From: Camelus dromedarius
Taxonomy: Eukaryota
Assembly: GCF_036321535.1 (NCBI RefSeq)
Contig: NC_087437.1
Coordinates: 1,054,001-1,118,000, forward strand
Direction of reading: 5' to 3'
DNA length: 64,000 bases
Both the position numbers and the translations under genes were made by a program. The first letter of the stretch is position 1, and each line of letters opens with the position of its first letter. Below the pieces are notes generated by a model. The model did not search any database. It was not told the origin of the DNA and worked only from the letters and a program-made list of their open reading frames with translations. Below, in pieces: positions 1 through 12,471 of the stretch.

Positions 1-274
1 AACAAAATAAAATAGAAAAGAAAAGAAAAAGTTTTGAAGGAGTAGAAATAATTTTATTTCCGTGGAATCAACTCCCTATGTTAGGTTTTTCGGTTGTGTT
101 CTTAAACAGCATATAAAATTGACAGGTTTTGTGTTCAGTGTTGATAGCTGGGTGAGTAGTTTCTTTTTGTGGTTGTCTTTGATGAATTATTTGCACTAGA
201 TCATAAGTAATGTGCATGTTACATATTGGAAACGAGGAAACAGTGGAGACATACTACCTCCAATGCAGTCATTT

Positions 275-816
275 TGTTACCGAGTCCAAACTCATTCTGC
301 TCACCAAATGACAGGCCAATAAACCGGGAGATGAGGTGTTGGAGCAAGGAATAGTGACTTTATTTGCAAAGCTGGCAGATCCAGAAGATGGCAGACTGAT
401 GTCCTGGAGAATCATCTTCCACAAGTCAGAATTGAGTCTTCTTTTATACTAAAAAGGGGCGGGGTTTTGATTGGTTGTTGGAAACTTCTTGCTGTATGAA
501 TTGCTTGTCCTTTGAATCCGCTGTTCTTGCAGCTGTCCATGCGGATCAAATCATGTTGCCCCTGTGAAAACTCCAAAAAAAAAAACAAAGGTTATTCTCT
601 ATTTTGCAACTTGCCATCTCTACATAAGTGCAGATGAATTAGCATCCTTCAAGATCACGGCCAGGAGAATAGGCTGTCCTGGATATTTCAGTCTAAAGGC
701 AACTTTCTTTTACAAATGGTGCAGAGCTAGGAAGTCTGAGCCTAGAAAACAGGGCACAGGTTTAAAGCCAAAGGAACAGACCTAATATGGGGTCAAAATT
801 GTTCTTTTCTATTACA
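275..816 (-). mobile_element. ERV1-type solo LTR (~540 bp)
   Basis: Minus strand reads TGTAATAG...GGTAACA, with AATAAA at 364-359. The 4-bp TSD is attt (271-274)/attc (817-820), and attt/attt in the paralogue. Related LTR sequence lies at 17808-18291. Confidence 0.85.
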
Positions 817-1035
817 ATTCCCTTTTCTGCTTCATAGATAATTTTAGTAAGAAACATGAGCAATTTTGTATTTTTGCTTCTTAATAACCGATAAGTGGGC
901 CAACTATATTTTTGTGAGCAGAGATGCTGTGCGGGCATAGGGGTCACAGCACACTCTTGTTGGGGGTGGCCGACCCTGAAACATGTCTGATGCCACGTGA
1001 GTGTTGGTGAGGGTCCCCCTAGCCAGCGGCACTCT

Positions 1036-2360
1036 TCAGGAAGTAGCATATGTGCTTTGACTTCTTGAGACCTCATTTTCGGCTGCAGGAAATTTTTTCA
1101 GATACTGCGATTGAAAAATCACTCCAGCTGGGGATAATTAGGGAAAAAAGGAAAGGGAAAAGGGTTTGGAGTAGAGTAGAAGAGAAGGACATAAGATCAC
1201 GGAGCCTGAGTGCTTGGCAGCGGGGCCTCGGGAGAGAGGGGAGCAGAGGTGGGGAGGGGCCTGACCTTGGAACCAGCTCCTGCACCTGTCCCCGTGCCCA
1301 ACCACATAGCTTCCAATGGGCCTGGGCCACCTCTCTGGGCTGGATGTCACCCTGTGCAGAACCTTGAAAATCGAATGTAAGGGGTGGGCAGCACTCACCT
1401 AGGGGGTCACTGTGGATTTCAGTCAAGTCCACAGTGCCTTTTCTGGTCATGTGCCTTCACTTGTCCTTTATCTCAGGATCTGAGGAGGAGGAGAAAGGAA
1501 CTCAGGTAGAGATCCAGGAAGATATCCGACTGTGTTAAGAGAGGACAGACACAGTTAAAAGGGGACCGAGGATACTTGCAGCAAAGTAAAATGACTTCAC
1601 AACTATTGCTTCAGAGCTGCAGGTGTGAGAGAGCCTAAGCCTGTTTCAGAGTGCAGGGGACAAGCGGAAAGGAATGGCAAAATTTCCACTGAAATTTGAA
1701 ATTTTGTTAAATAGCCTGCTACTGTTGCTTGTATCACTTGAATGAATGCAGGCATATTTCTGTGGGCATTTATATGTTCACTCAACCCCACCAGCCACTC
1801 TTGCCCCCATCGGGGATGGGCTTTCTCAAGCACAGTGCACCTCCTGCTTCGGTGGGCCACGCTTCGGGTCCTCGCCTGGGGCCGGGCTGCTGCAGGGCAC
1901 TGAGTCCCTGAGGCACGGCCTGTGATACACGACAGGAACATCTCTGCTATCGACTGAGGGCCTCCTTTTCCCCCTGCAGTGTAAGAATTCCGGTGACTGA
2001 GTTAGAAGCATGCTTCCAAGCTGTGCGTGTCCTCGGCATCCAGAAGCGGAGCCTGGAAGCTTCCGAATTTCTCCAGAATGCAGTCTACATTCACCTTCGG
2101 CAAGTGAGTGTATGTCCTTACACAAGTGGAGGAATTACTGCAGTTTTCCTGGAACTTACTCACCACTAGTCCATCTGATTTTTCTGTGCTAGGATTCAGT
2201 ACGGCCTGCTAAAAAATCTGGAGTCAGATCTTGAAACCCTGATGAAGAGGATTATTTATTTTATTTCACTATATGATAATCTTTTACTTTCAAAATTCAG
2301 AATTTTTGGTTCTTTCAGGCATTTTTGGGGGGGTTCGCAAAACAAATTTGCTCTTACCGT
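1036..2360 (-). other. Candidate spliced antisense gene model, copy 1 (disabled); product unknown
   Basis: Minus-strand exons: ..2358 (ACG|gtaaga), 2208-2164 (ttttttag| ... |gtgagt), 1973-1841 (ctgcag| ... |gtgcac), 1479-1399 (ctcctcag| ... |gtgagt), 1082-1036 (tttcctgcag| ... TGA). Phases are mutually compatible. This copy has ACG in place of ATG, a TAG in exon 3 and a TGA in exon 4. No expression evidence. Confidence 0.35.
1980..2103 (+). pseudogene. TRAPPC9: TRAPPC9 pseudo-exon (YKNAGVIELEAC...YINLRQ exon) of the upstream repeat unit
   Basis: ccctgcag acceptor and gtgagt donor. After a 2-nt deletion near the start it reads [36 protein letters not shown], versus recalled TRAPPC9 [36 protein letters not shown]. 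Confidence 0.93.
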
Positions 2361-2799
2361 CTTTGCGACCTGTTGCTTTGTGCCTCTCACCTGTCTTCTG
2401 TCACTTGTGAGGCAGTTCCATTTGTGACCCTGTCCGGGTTGTTCATGTTATACAACATAAAGTCTGTAAAAGTACAGTCCCTTTTACTCCGAAGACATTC
2501 CACAAATAACTCCTTAAATCTGGGTGTGGTTTTAAGAAGACAGAATCATTAGAACATGTAATTGCAGGTTGCTAGTGCAAAATCCCCAAATCAATAGTCT
2601 AGCTCAACATCTAAAATCTTTCTAATCTACCTTGGATTTGTATGGATAAGTGAAGCAATTTGCTAAGAATTGAACACCAAGGTTAGAATACAGGCTGGTG
2701 TAGCTCAGCAGGTCCTCCTGAGCCAGCGCTGTGCCAGAGGGCGGGGCCGAGGGAGAGGGCGGGGCTTAGGGAAAGAGGAGGGCCAAGGAGGAGGGGGGT

Positions 2800-3275
2800 C
2801 CTGCCCTCCCTGAGCTGACAGTTTCATGGCAAACACCTTCACCATGTGAAGAACTTGGAGTTTCTTCTAAGAACACTAGGTTTGAAAGAGTCATAAAAGA
2901 ACGGGAGTGACAAAATCTAATTTGTCTCAAGTAGGGGAGAACAGCTGGAAGGCCACTTGGGAGACTTGTGAGTCCAGGTGGGCAGTGTTGGTGGCTTCTA
3001 CCTGAGCGGTGGGACAGTCAGTGGGACAGTCACCGGGAAAAAACGAACAGATTTTAGGCATGTTTAGATGGTAAAAAGGAAAGGATGAATGATGTCTGTG
3101 AAGGTAGGATGGAGTAAGGCCCAGGTTTCTGGGTGGATTAATGAGGTAAATGATGGTCCTGCTGTGCTCTGAGCAGGGAAAGCTGCAGAGGGAGCTTTGG
3201 GGGAACCCTGATGAGTTCAGCTGTGGATAAAGTGAAAGGCTGTTAAATGTGTGGTCTGGGAGCTCAGGTGAGAGC
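2800..3275. mobile_element. L2 LINE remnant(s)
   Basis: L2-like phrases (ccaggtttctgggtgg, gatgagttcagctgtgga, gtggtctgggagctcagg); paralogue at ~56810-57270. Confidence 0.5.
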
Positions 3276-4599
3276 CAGTAGCGAGTAGGGGGAGGGGAGA
3301 GAGACGTTCAAGTCATTTTGTCTTGTGAGCATACAAATACTTATGAGTAATGATACACTTACGCCTCTATATTCTGGATTTAACACCCATTAACATTTTG
3401 TTATATTGACTGCAGAGGTTCCTAATATTTTTTAATAGAAATAAAATAAATAGAAACAAAATAGTGGAGTTAATAAACATCTTAGAGTTGATGTGTGTCC
3501 TTCTATGTATTTTGATACCTCATCTGTTTATAACCATAATCTATAAAAAGTTAACTAGTTTAGCATAAGTGTTAAACAGAGGGACGTGACACACAGTTTT
3601 GGGGCTTGAAGCTGATCTTCTCGGGCAAATTATGTAGCCTCTCTGTACCTTTGTTCCATCTTCTGTTACTGCCCCCGGGCCCCTCATCAGAGATGATTTC
3701 CTAGACTAGATGATGGGAGGGAGGCTGCTGAAGGGAGTAAGAAGTGGCAACTGCTAGGGACACTTAAGAGAGAGACAAAAAGAGATTAAAGTCAATAAAC
3801 TCAGTACAAACAAATACTCTCAAAAGAGAAAGAATCCTGCAGTGTTTTGAGCCACTTAGCATAAGGGAAACAAAATCACGTGGACCCAAAGCTCTTGAGC
3901 ATGTGAGTATTGTGGGTGGGAATGTGTCATCAGAAAAGGGTTGAGAAAAGGTCTTTTGGTTTCCATTGACGTTTCCATTAAGGATGGGGAGCAGAAGTGA
4001 AAACCCTCAGCTTCAGTGGAAGCTGCTGTTTTGTGTGAAACTGACCAAACTTTGGAGACCAGTCATCAGCGGTGCTGGCAAATGAAGAGGTTTCGGGATT
4101 GGGTGGGGCACTTGCTGTGACTTCCAGGTGACCTACTGGCTGGGGGCTGTGAGGCGGGCAGTAGGTTTGCAGGGAGACCCGGGCATAATCCCTCGCTCTG
4201 AGGCTGCTGGTCTGACTAGCAGACCTGGGCACAGGCAGTCCTAATTGGGCAGCTCGGGATGTGGCCTGGGACACCTGCCGTGCTGAGGGGGAGAAGAGCG
4301 CTTCCCTGAGGGGGTGTCCCTGCGGAGAGTGGAAACATCCTCTTGCAGGGGAGGAAGAGCCTCTGAGCAGGGTGCTGGTTGCACAGGCAAGACCACCCTG
4401 AGCACTGAGGGTTTGGGGAGCCGGAAGTCACACAGTGGCCAGAGCAGCCTTGTTCCTGAGAAACTAGAGGGAGAAGAGGCTGAAAAGTCAGGCTAGGGTC
4501 AGACACTGTGGTGGGTTATGAGTGACAGTAAAGGACTGGTCAGGCAGGCACGAGAGAACCCTGTGGGTGTCCCAGCTGGAGCGTCACGCCAGAGGGTGG

Positions 4600-4690
4600 A
4601 GCTGAGTTATAGACTTTGCCACTTATTAGCTGTGTGACTTTGAGCAAGATTACCCCACCTCTCTATATATACCTTCATCTGTAAAATGAC
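4600..4690 (+). mobile_element. MIR fragment
   Basis: ctttgccacttattagctgtgtgactttgagcaag...cttcatctgtaaaatg is the MIR core; paralogue at ~58605-58682. Confidence 0.75.
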
Positions 4691-5400
4691 ACAGTGACAA
4701 GCTCGTGTCATCAGAAGGCTTAGTTTAGCTCTTATCCTCTGTGTCCAGTCCTGTCAGTGCTGCCCTGCAAGTTTCTGCAGTGGCTGCTCTTACCCTGAGA
4801 TGGGAGGGCATAGAGGGACTTTGTAGCGCCCGAGGGCAGGAAGGGGTTGCTTTAAAAACAGACATGTAGCCGCCTGCAGCTGCAGGCCTGCAGGCAGTTT
4901 GGTTGATGGTCCTGGAGAGGACTTTGGACGCCTTAGCATCGTCATAAGACTTGTTTTCCCTTGGGGGCCAGAATTGCCTATGCAGATTAATGTGGAAAAT
5001 TTGGGCTTCTGGCAAAGCTGTTTTCAGAGATGGTAATATATATAACATATCGTAGAAAATATAATGCTTTTATTTAATCTGTGGGACTTTGCAGCTGTTG
5101 GGAACACCTCTGTTGGCCTGGTCTCCACGGAGGACACTAGGGGTCGGCAGAGCGTGCGGGAGGGCAGGTAGCCTGCAGTGCTGCTGCGGGGTGTTCTCCC
5201 GAGTAGAGCACTCTGCTGAGTTGACTCTTCTCTGAGTTTGGTTGCCAGATGAGCAGACAGCAAATTAATGAGTTCTGGTGGGATTGTATAATGACAGAAA
5301 GAAAGAGGGACCCGTAGTTTTTCTGGACTAGAACACGCTTTTGGTTCCTGATCCAGTGTGTTCCATTACAGAATTGATGAGTTGTGTCTATTCTGGGACT

Positions 5401-5882
5401 TGTAGACTGAGAGAAATGTGTAGCCTGAAAGTTTAGAGTTACACTTTATTAGGCGGGAGGACTCGAGGCGGGATGACAGCCTTCAAATCTGTCTGAGGGA
5501 CTGCTCCCAAGAAGTAGGGGAGGAACTAGGATTATATAGGAGCTTTACAACAAAGACCAGGGAGTTGGAACAATAAAAGATTGATTGCTTGTTATCTAAA
5601 GAAATCCAGGCATCTCAAGTTAAAGAATTTAGTGCCTTTGTATGTATCATTTGACCTCACTGGATTCATTCTTTAGACAAGCACCTAGCTATCTAGGGCA
5701 ATTATCCTGTCTTCTTATTCTCAGTCTGTTCAGAGGGCAGCATTGTGAGTGGCTGTAGAGGCTGGGCTTCAGGTCTGTCCGCACTGGGGGGTGGCGGCAG
5801 CCTTGATGACTTGGTTTCAGCATTCTTTGTTTACTGACATGGTTGTAGTATTTTAATTCACATTGTAGTATTTTCATTCACA
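5401..5882 (-). mobile_element. ERV1 solo LTR (482 bp)
   Basis: TG...CA termini, perfect 4-bp TSD gact (5397-5400 and 5883-5886), minus-strand AATAAA near 5445-5450. Confidence 0.9.
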
Positions 5883-8177
5883 GACTGATTGTGGATAATC
5901 TGGAAACTTGCAAAGGAAACGAGATGGAATTACTGCAGGTACCTTCTACTTTAATAAGCCGTGTGCAAACATAAACATGGAGGAAGCATACATTTGAATT
6001 TGGTGGTGTAGGGAAGGGTTTCTGCACATTACAGGAGAACGCAAGGCAGAATATCTCTTCTTTGTTGGCAGGGATGTGGGTCAAACTGTCTTTTCTGTAG
6101 CGGTTTCTGAGAGCACTTTATGGTAATTAACAAACATTGACAAACGGTGGCACACTTTGCATTTAAGAGCTGACCTGTGCAAACGTGTATTGGACAGGTG
6201 GATTTCATAGGCAAGTGGTGAGGTGGATTGGAGAGAGGTGTAGCCCAGGCCTGGGCTCAGATTCAGGTTTAAATCGCCATTTCCTCACCAAAGGACCTTG
6301 GACTAGAGTGTAACCTCCATTAAACTGTTGGTGAATCTGTGAAATATGCATTATAATATTCGTTTCTTCCTGGGTTTGTTGTAAGTTTAAACAGTATTAT
6401 AACACACATGAAACACTTAACAGGCACTTAGCAGTGTTCACTGTGTCCTTCCGCCCCGCTTAGCGTGTGTTACAGCCGTAAAGGTAGCATGTGCCTGTTG
6501 AGGACGTACTGGTAGCCCCTTGAATAGGTTGTGAATTTGGTGATTTCCTTTAATCCTTGAAACTCTACGTGCCATGGGCAGTTATTTTCATGAACAGATG
6601 AGGAATCTTAGGGTAAAGAAGACGGTGTAATTTGCCCAAAGTCAGACCATAATTTTGGGTGCAGGGGCCTCTGTTCAGCATGGGCCCCTGGGCTTTCTGC
6701 CCTCTCCGTTCAGCACCAGAGCCAGACGTGGAGTCGCCTGTCTCCCAGCCCAGAATATCCGGCAGGCAGCAACACAAACCTGGACCTGTTCTGCTTAAGC
6801 AAAAACTCCGGAGGGGAGGCAGGTACTAAAGGGATAAATGTAAAAACAGACGACTGTAAACTGTTATCAGCTCAGAGAAGGAAAGGAACACGCCTCGCCG
6901 TGCAGAGCTGGGAGCTTTCCCTTCCGGGCTGCTCTGGGGGCGTTCATTTCAGCTAAACAAACTCCGCTTCTGCACCAAGGCATGAAGGCAGGGTGCATGT
7001 AACCAGGCTGACTGTGCCTCGTTGATCATATTCATTCTTAATCCAGTGTCAGCTGTCACGGGCACTTACCTAGTAAACAGATGTCGGCCATAATCATCAC
7101 GCACTTTGCTTGGTAGTTTTATTGGCCCCACTTTTGAGATGAGGTAATTGAAGCTGGGGAGTTTGCTGCATGCCCGTGATTACCTTGGAAATACCCCCAC
7201 TGGTCTTTCAACCTAGACTGGTGTGGCTGTTACATCCCAGCCCTGTGAATGGCATCGTGTAGCTTCTACCAAGTGGCCCAAATGACTGACATTGATTTTC
7301 TTAATCCGTAGGAAATGGTATGTAACAATAAGAGAAAAGGTGGTAAGAAATTCTTTGGAAAACTAGAACAAAATCCAATACTTCCCCAGGTGGGGTAGCG
7401 TACCCAGTGTCACTCATCCCACTCACAGCCTGGCACCTCCTCCCTCCCGACTCCGTGTTCAGAAGCCACTCTGAGCCTTCGAAGAACATTTTGCCTCGTG
7501 ACACTTTTGACTAAGACCTATGACCTCTCTGTCCCTGGTTAACTCTCTCTTCAAGGCCATTTAAATTTTATGCAGGCTCCTCCACTCCGATGTAAGAAAA
7601 GACTCTTTAAACTTCTTGATGAAGCTCCTAAATGAAGATCTTGTGAAGGAAACCTAGTCAAAACCTGGGAGGTTTGCACACAGTGACTGCATGCAACCTC
7701 AGCACTTTGTGAAGTTCAGAATCAGAGGGGTGGGAGACACAGGAAAGGCTTTTTAAGGTAGAAAGGGGAAAGTGAAAGGATGCAGGCTGTGTGAGACTGA
7801 AACATCTCGGTCCCAGCCAGCAAGGCACCTGCGTTCAGGATGGTGTATGGGGAGTACAGAGTTCTCACAAAAAAGAAGTGGTGGGATGGGAGGGAGGACA
7901 GATAGATTCTTTACTAGGGAAGGAAAAAGTGGGCTGAAAATTTCCTGGTTGAATAAGAGGACTGTGAAATGATGTGCTTGCATTTTGGAGAAAAGGGTTT
8001 TGTGGGGACAGGCCTAGGAGAACGCTCTCTGGCTGGGGAGTCAGCACAACAGAGAACCACAGAGAACCGGGCTGACCTCAGGGCCCCTGCTGGGGGAGGG
8101 GCTGCCCGCCATTTTGGTCCTGGGGGCTACTTCTGTCCCTTAGCTGGGGCCTCAAAACTCCCTTCACATCCCAGTCC

Positions 8178-8805
8178 TGTTGATACAAGAAAACATAAGT
8201 GGGGCATGGGAAGGGCTGTGTCCCAGGCTTTGGTTGAGCCCCTGGAATGTGCCCCACCAGACGTGGGTCCTTGGCTTCATGCAGGAAAGATTTCAAGAGC
8301 AAGCCACTGTTGAGTAAAGGTAGATTTATTCACAGAGACACATTGGAAGGCAGGAGAAATGCCACGAGGTGTGGGGGTTGGGTGCTCATATTAAAAGTAG
8401 TTACACACTCCACAGACAAAGTGTGGGCCTTCTCCGAAGAGGGAGAGAGAGTGATGACCGCGAGGTGGCGCTGTGTTGCTGGTTTTCATGGGCTTGGTTG
8501 TTTTATATGCTAATAATTAGAAGGAGCAGCCTAAGGGCAAGGGGCTGGGATTCCCAGGGAGTTGGCCATTTCCCACACTGTGACCTTTTGTGGCTAGCCT
8601 TGGGATGGCCATGGTGCCTTGGGGCGTGTTATTCACCATGTTACTATTACAACGGGTGTATAATGAAGCTCAAGATCTGCTAGAAGTAAAATCTCTTCAT
8701 CCTGAGCCTCAAGGCCTACTGGGGGTTGAATCCTTCACCATTTTGATGTTAATTGCTGTGGCCTGCATTGAATGGCTGTGCTCTGGCCCCTTCCATCCTG
8801 TCTCA
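8178..8805 (-). mobile_element. ERV LTR (older family)
   Basis: TG...CA-bounded ~630 bp. It has an LTR-typical gggtccttggcttcatgcaggaaagatttcaagagcaagcc segment and a minus-strand AATAAA at ~8326-8331. No clear TSD. Confidence 0.55.
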
Positions 8806-9100
8806 CTGTGTTGACACAGAGAGAGCAAAGGCCGGGCCCTGCCTGTGCTCCTGCATTTAACAGGGAGAGGGGTGGGGTGGGCTGAGGATGACTCTGAGTG
8901 GTGAGAAGGATGTTTCAGATTTTCCCACGTGGGACATGGGGACGTGCCAGCAGCCACCGCAGATTTATCTCACGGGCATTATCGCTTGTGTCACTCATCT
9001 TTTTCTATTTTTCTTTCTTTTTTTTTTCAAGTATTTAATCTAAATTTAACATCAGGTTTTCTTAGGAAAGAAATATCTCTTTTTCTTTTCATTGGGGCTC

Positions 9101-9217
9101 TTTTGGGGGGGTAGGTAATTAGGTGTATTTATCTGTTAGAGGAGGCCCTGGCGGTTGAACCCGGGACCCCGTGCACGCTAAGAACACGCTCTACCACTGA
9201 GCTCTACCACCCGCCCC
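9101..9217 (-). mobile_element. tRNA-Ala-derived SINE (camelid vic-1-like)
   Basis: Reverse complement reads ggtagagctcagtggtagagcgtgttcttagcgtgcacggggtcccgggttcaa (A/B boxes, AGC anticodon region), then a tail aaatacacctaattacct shared with the other copies. Confidence 0.85.
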
Positions 9218-10210
9218 ATCATCTTTTACTTTTTGCTTTAGCTGCCAAGAATCTTACGGCTGAATTTCTAGTCGGCCTTTAACACTTACCCTGACTTCAT
9301 GGCATTCGTTTTTATGAGTTTACTTACCCCTGGTTTCATTTAAGTATTGAATCTCCATTTTCTTTTCACTCTAACTTTTGTCTTTTTGTTGTTATGGTTG
9401 TTAAGCTGTGTTAAAAATTGTTTAATTTCTCTTTTAGCAGGAGGCTGAAAGTAAATAAATATGTAAACAAACTTATCACACTTAAATGTTTTATACAATC
9501 TAAGCTGTTTATTAGTTACTTAAAAACCGAATTGAATACTGAAGTGATAACATTTTAAAATTATTTTTTAACATTTTATAAAAGTATAGCTGATTTACAA
9601 TATGATATAAGTTTCAGGTGTACAATAGTTGCACAATTTTTATTGTTATGCTCCATTTATAGTTATTGTAAAACATTGGCTATATTCCCTGTGTCGTAAG
9701 ATACATCCCTGTAGCGTGTTTATGTTACATGGAGCAGTTTGTATAAGAAAGTTGGGTAATACAAAGTCTGGGGCGTGGCTCTGTCTAACCCATGTTCCCG
9801 GTCACCCTTCCTGTCAGAGCCCAGGCCCTCACTCCTGTCTGCAGGGGAGCAATTGGAGGCAGCCCTCATCAGCGCTGGCACCACCCTCTGAGTGGCAGTG
9901 ACAGCAGTGACTGTGTGTGGACGTGCAAAGTGTTGTTCCAGGAGCTTTACATGCATTTCTGCATTTAATAATTAAAGCCCTCCTGTGAGGAATCATTTTA
10001 GGTTTTTAATGAATAATACATTTTATTTTGATTTTGAGAGTTCAAACTTCCAGAAAATTTACTGGAATAGTACAATAAAGGCTTAGATACAGTTCACCTA
10101 AAAGGGCACTGTTTGCCCTTTTGTGTCTGGCTTATTTTCGTATAAACTTTCAAGGTTCATCCATGTTGTAGCCTCAGTCAGTACTTTATTGTTTTGGTTT
10201 TATAATATCC

Positions 10211-11684
10211 TTTTTCTTTTTTTTTCGTTTTTTCTCTATTTAAAAATATTTTCATTGAATTCTAGTCAGTTTATAATGTTGCGTCAGTTTATAATTTTGC
10301 ATCAGTTTCTTGTGTACAGCACAACATTTCATTTATATAGGAACATACATGTATTCATTTTCATATTCTTTTTCAACATAAGTTACTATAAGTTATTAAA
10401 TATATTCTCCTGTGCTATACAGTATAAACTTGCTGTTTACTCTATACATACTCAGTATCTGCAAATCTTGAACTACCAATTTATTTCTTCCCACACCCTC
10501 TCCCCTCTGGTAACCATAGTTTGGTTTCTATGTCTGTGTGTCTGTTTCTGTTCTGTAGATAAGTTTATCTTTTTGTTTGTTTGTTTTTTTAGATTCCACA
10601 TGTGAGCGATCTCATATGGTATTTTTCTTTCTCTTTCTGGCTTACTTCACTTAGAATGACATTCTCCACGTCCATTCATGTTTCTACAAATGGCATTATT
10701 TTATTATTTTTTTATGGCTGAATAGTAGTCTATTGTACAAATATACTACAACCTCTTTATCCAGTCATCTGTCAGTGGACATTTAGGTTGTTTCCATGTC
10801 TTGCTATTGTAAATAGTGCTGCTCTGAATATTGGGGTGTAGGTATCTTTTTGAATTACGGTTCCTTCTGGATATATGCCCAGGAGTGGGATTGCTGGGTC
10901 ATATGGGAGGTCAATGTTTTGTCTTTTGAGGAACCTCTGTACTGTTTTCCACAATGGCTCCACCAAACTGCAACCACAGTGTAGGAGGGTTCCCTATTCT
11001 CCACAGCCTCTCCAGCATTTATTGTTTGTGAACTTCTGAATGATGGCTATTCTGACTGGTGAGATGTGATATTTGATTGCAGTTTTGATTTGCATTTCTC
11101 TGATAATGATATTGAGCATTTTTTCATGTGCCTATTGGCCATTTGTATGTCTTCATTGGAGAAAAGCTTCTTTAGGCCTTCTGCCCATTTTTGGATTGAA
11201 TTGTTTGTTTTTCTTTCTTATCAAGTGTAAAAGGTGTTATATATTCTGGGAATTAAGCCCTTGTCAGTCTCATTTATTGCAACTATTTTCTCCCATTCCA
11301 TAGGTTGTCTTTTAGTTTTGCTTACTGTTTCCTTTGCTGTGCAAAACCTTGTAAGTTTAATTACATCCCACTTGTATATTTTTGCTTGTATTTCTATTGC
11401 TTGAGTAGACTGCTCTAGGAGAACATTGCTGAGATGTATGTCAGATATTTTGCCTATGTTTTCTTCTAAGAGGTTTATAGTGTCTTGTCTACATGTTTAA
11501 GTCTTTAAGCCATTTTGAATTTATTTTTGTGTATGCTGTGAGGGAGTAGTCTAACTTCATTCATTTACATGCAGCTGTCCAGTTATCCCTACACCATTTG
11601 CTGAAGAGGCTGTCTTTACTCCATTGTATGTTCTCACCTCCTTTGTCAAAGATTCAATGACCAAAAGTTTGTGGGCCTATTCTT
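10211..11684 (-). mobile_element. Younger 5'-truncated L1 nested in the older L1
   Basis: ORF2 C-terminal remnant [31 protein letters not shown] (10772-10966), 3' UTR and a T-rich tail at ~10211-10235. Confidence 0.88.
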
Positions 11685-11812
11685 GGTAATTTTGTTTATC
11701 CATTCATTGATGGATGGATATTGTTTGTAACCTTTGTCTACTCTGAATGATACTGCCATGAATATTGATGTGCAAGTTTTTGTGAGAATATGTTTTCATT
11801 CTGTTGGCTGTA

Positions 11813-11952
11813 CAGTTGGCCCGCCATATCTGTAGTTTCCACTTCATGGATCCAGATGGCTGATTGTAAAGGGACTCAAACATCCTTGGATTATGGTATC
11901 CAGGGTGGGGGGTTCCTGAAACCAACCCCCCGAGGATACTGAGGGATGACTC
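11813..11952. mobile_element. MER2-like Tigger/TcMar MITE
   Basis: Termini cagttggcccgccatatc... and ...ggatactgagggatgactc match the recalled MER2 ends; flanked by TA on both sides. Confidence 0.75.
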
Positions 11953-12390
11953 TACATGTAGGAGTGGAATTGCTGAGCCATATAACTCTAACCTTTTGAG
12001 GAAACACCAGACTTCTCCAAAGAAGCTGCACCATTGTCCCTTTCCACTGGCCGCAAATGAGGTATCTCTGCCTCCTCAACGACACTTGTTATTGTCCATG
12101 TTTTGATTAAAACCGTCCTAGTGGGTGTAAAATGAGAACTCATTTTGATTTTGATTTGGCTAGTGATGCTGAGCTTCTTTTCATGTGCTTATCGGCCATT
12201 TGTGTATTTATTTAAATCCTTGGCAAATTTAAACATTGGGTCGATTTTCTTTGTATTGTTCAGTTGTAAGCATTTTTTATATATCCTGAATACTAGTCTC
12301 TTCTTAGATACATGCTTGGCAAAATTTTTCTCCTATTCTGCAGATTGTCCTTTCACTTTATTTTTTTAAGCATTAAAACAATTTCTTTAC

Positions 12391-12471
12391 AGGGGAGGTA
12401 ATTAGATGTATTGATTTATTTTATTTTTCTTGCTAAGCATGCACTCTGTCACTTGATATACCCCCTTCCCC
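12391..12471 (-). mobile_element. vic-1-like SINE, internally deleted
   Basis: ggggaggtaattag tail plus tgctaagcatgcactct...tatacccccttcccc head. Confidence 0.65.

Larger units (their letters stand above)
1..5882 (+). repeat. Segmental/tandem duplication, copy 1 (paralogous to 54136-59874)
   Basis: Colinear direct similarity throughout, e.g. aacaaaataaaatagaaaag at 1 and 54136, ggcagcactcacctagggggtcactg at ~1387 and ~55424, gttgtgtctattctgggact at ~5381 and ~59368. Substitutions and small indels are scattered along it (roughly 85-95% identity by eye). Confidence 0.97.

Noticed and set aside
1399..1450. Assignment of the antisense peptide to SSX/PRDM9 SSXRD, DPPA3 or golgin families
   Set aside because: Only vague resemblance (RKGTVDLTEIHSDP); no KRAB or other supporting domain.
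1603..1941. 112-aa minus-strand ORF preserved in both copies (also 55640-55978) as a standalone gene
   Set aside because: No recognisable homology and many amino-acid changes between copies. Survival of a 339-nt frame at this divergence is plausible by chance, and it is in a different frame from the spliced model.
9101..9217. tRNA-Ala gene
   Set aside because: Degenerate stems, a shared non-tRNA tail and multiple diverged copies indicate a SINE.
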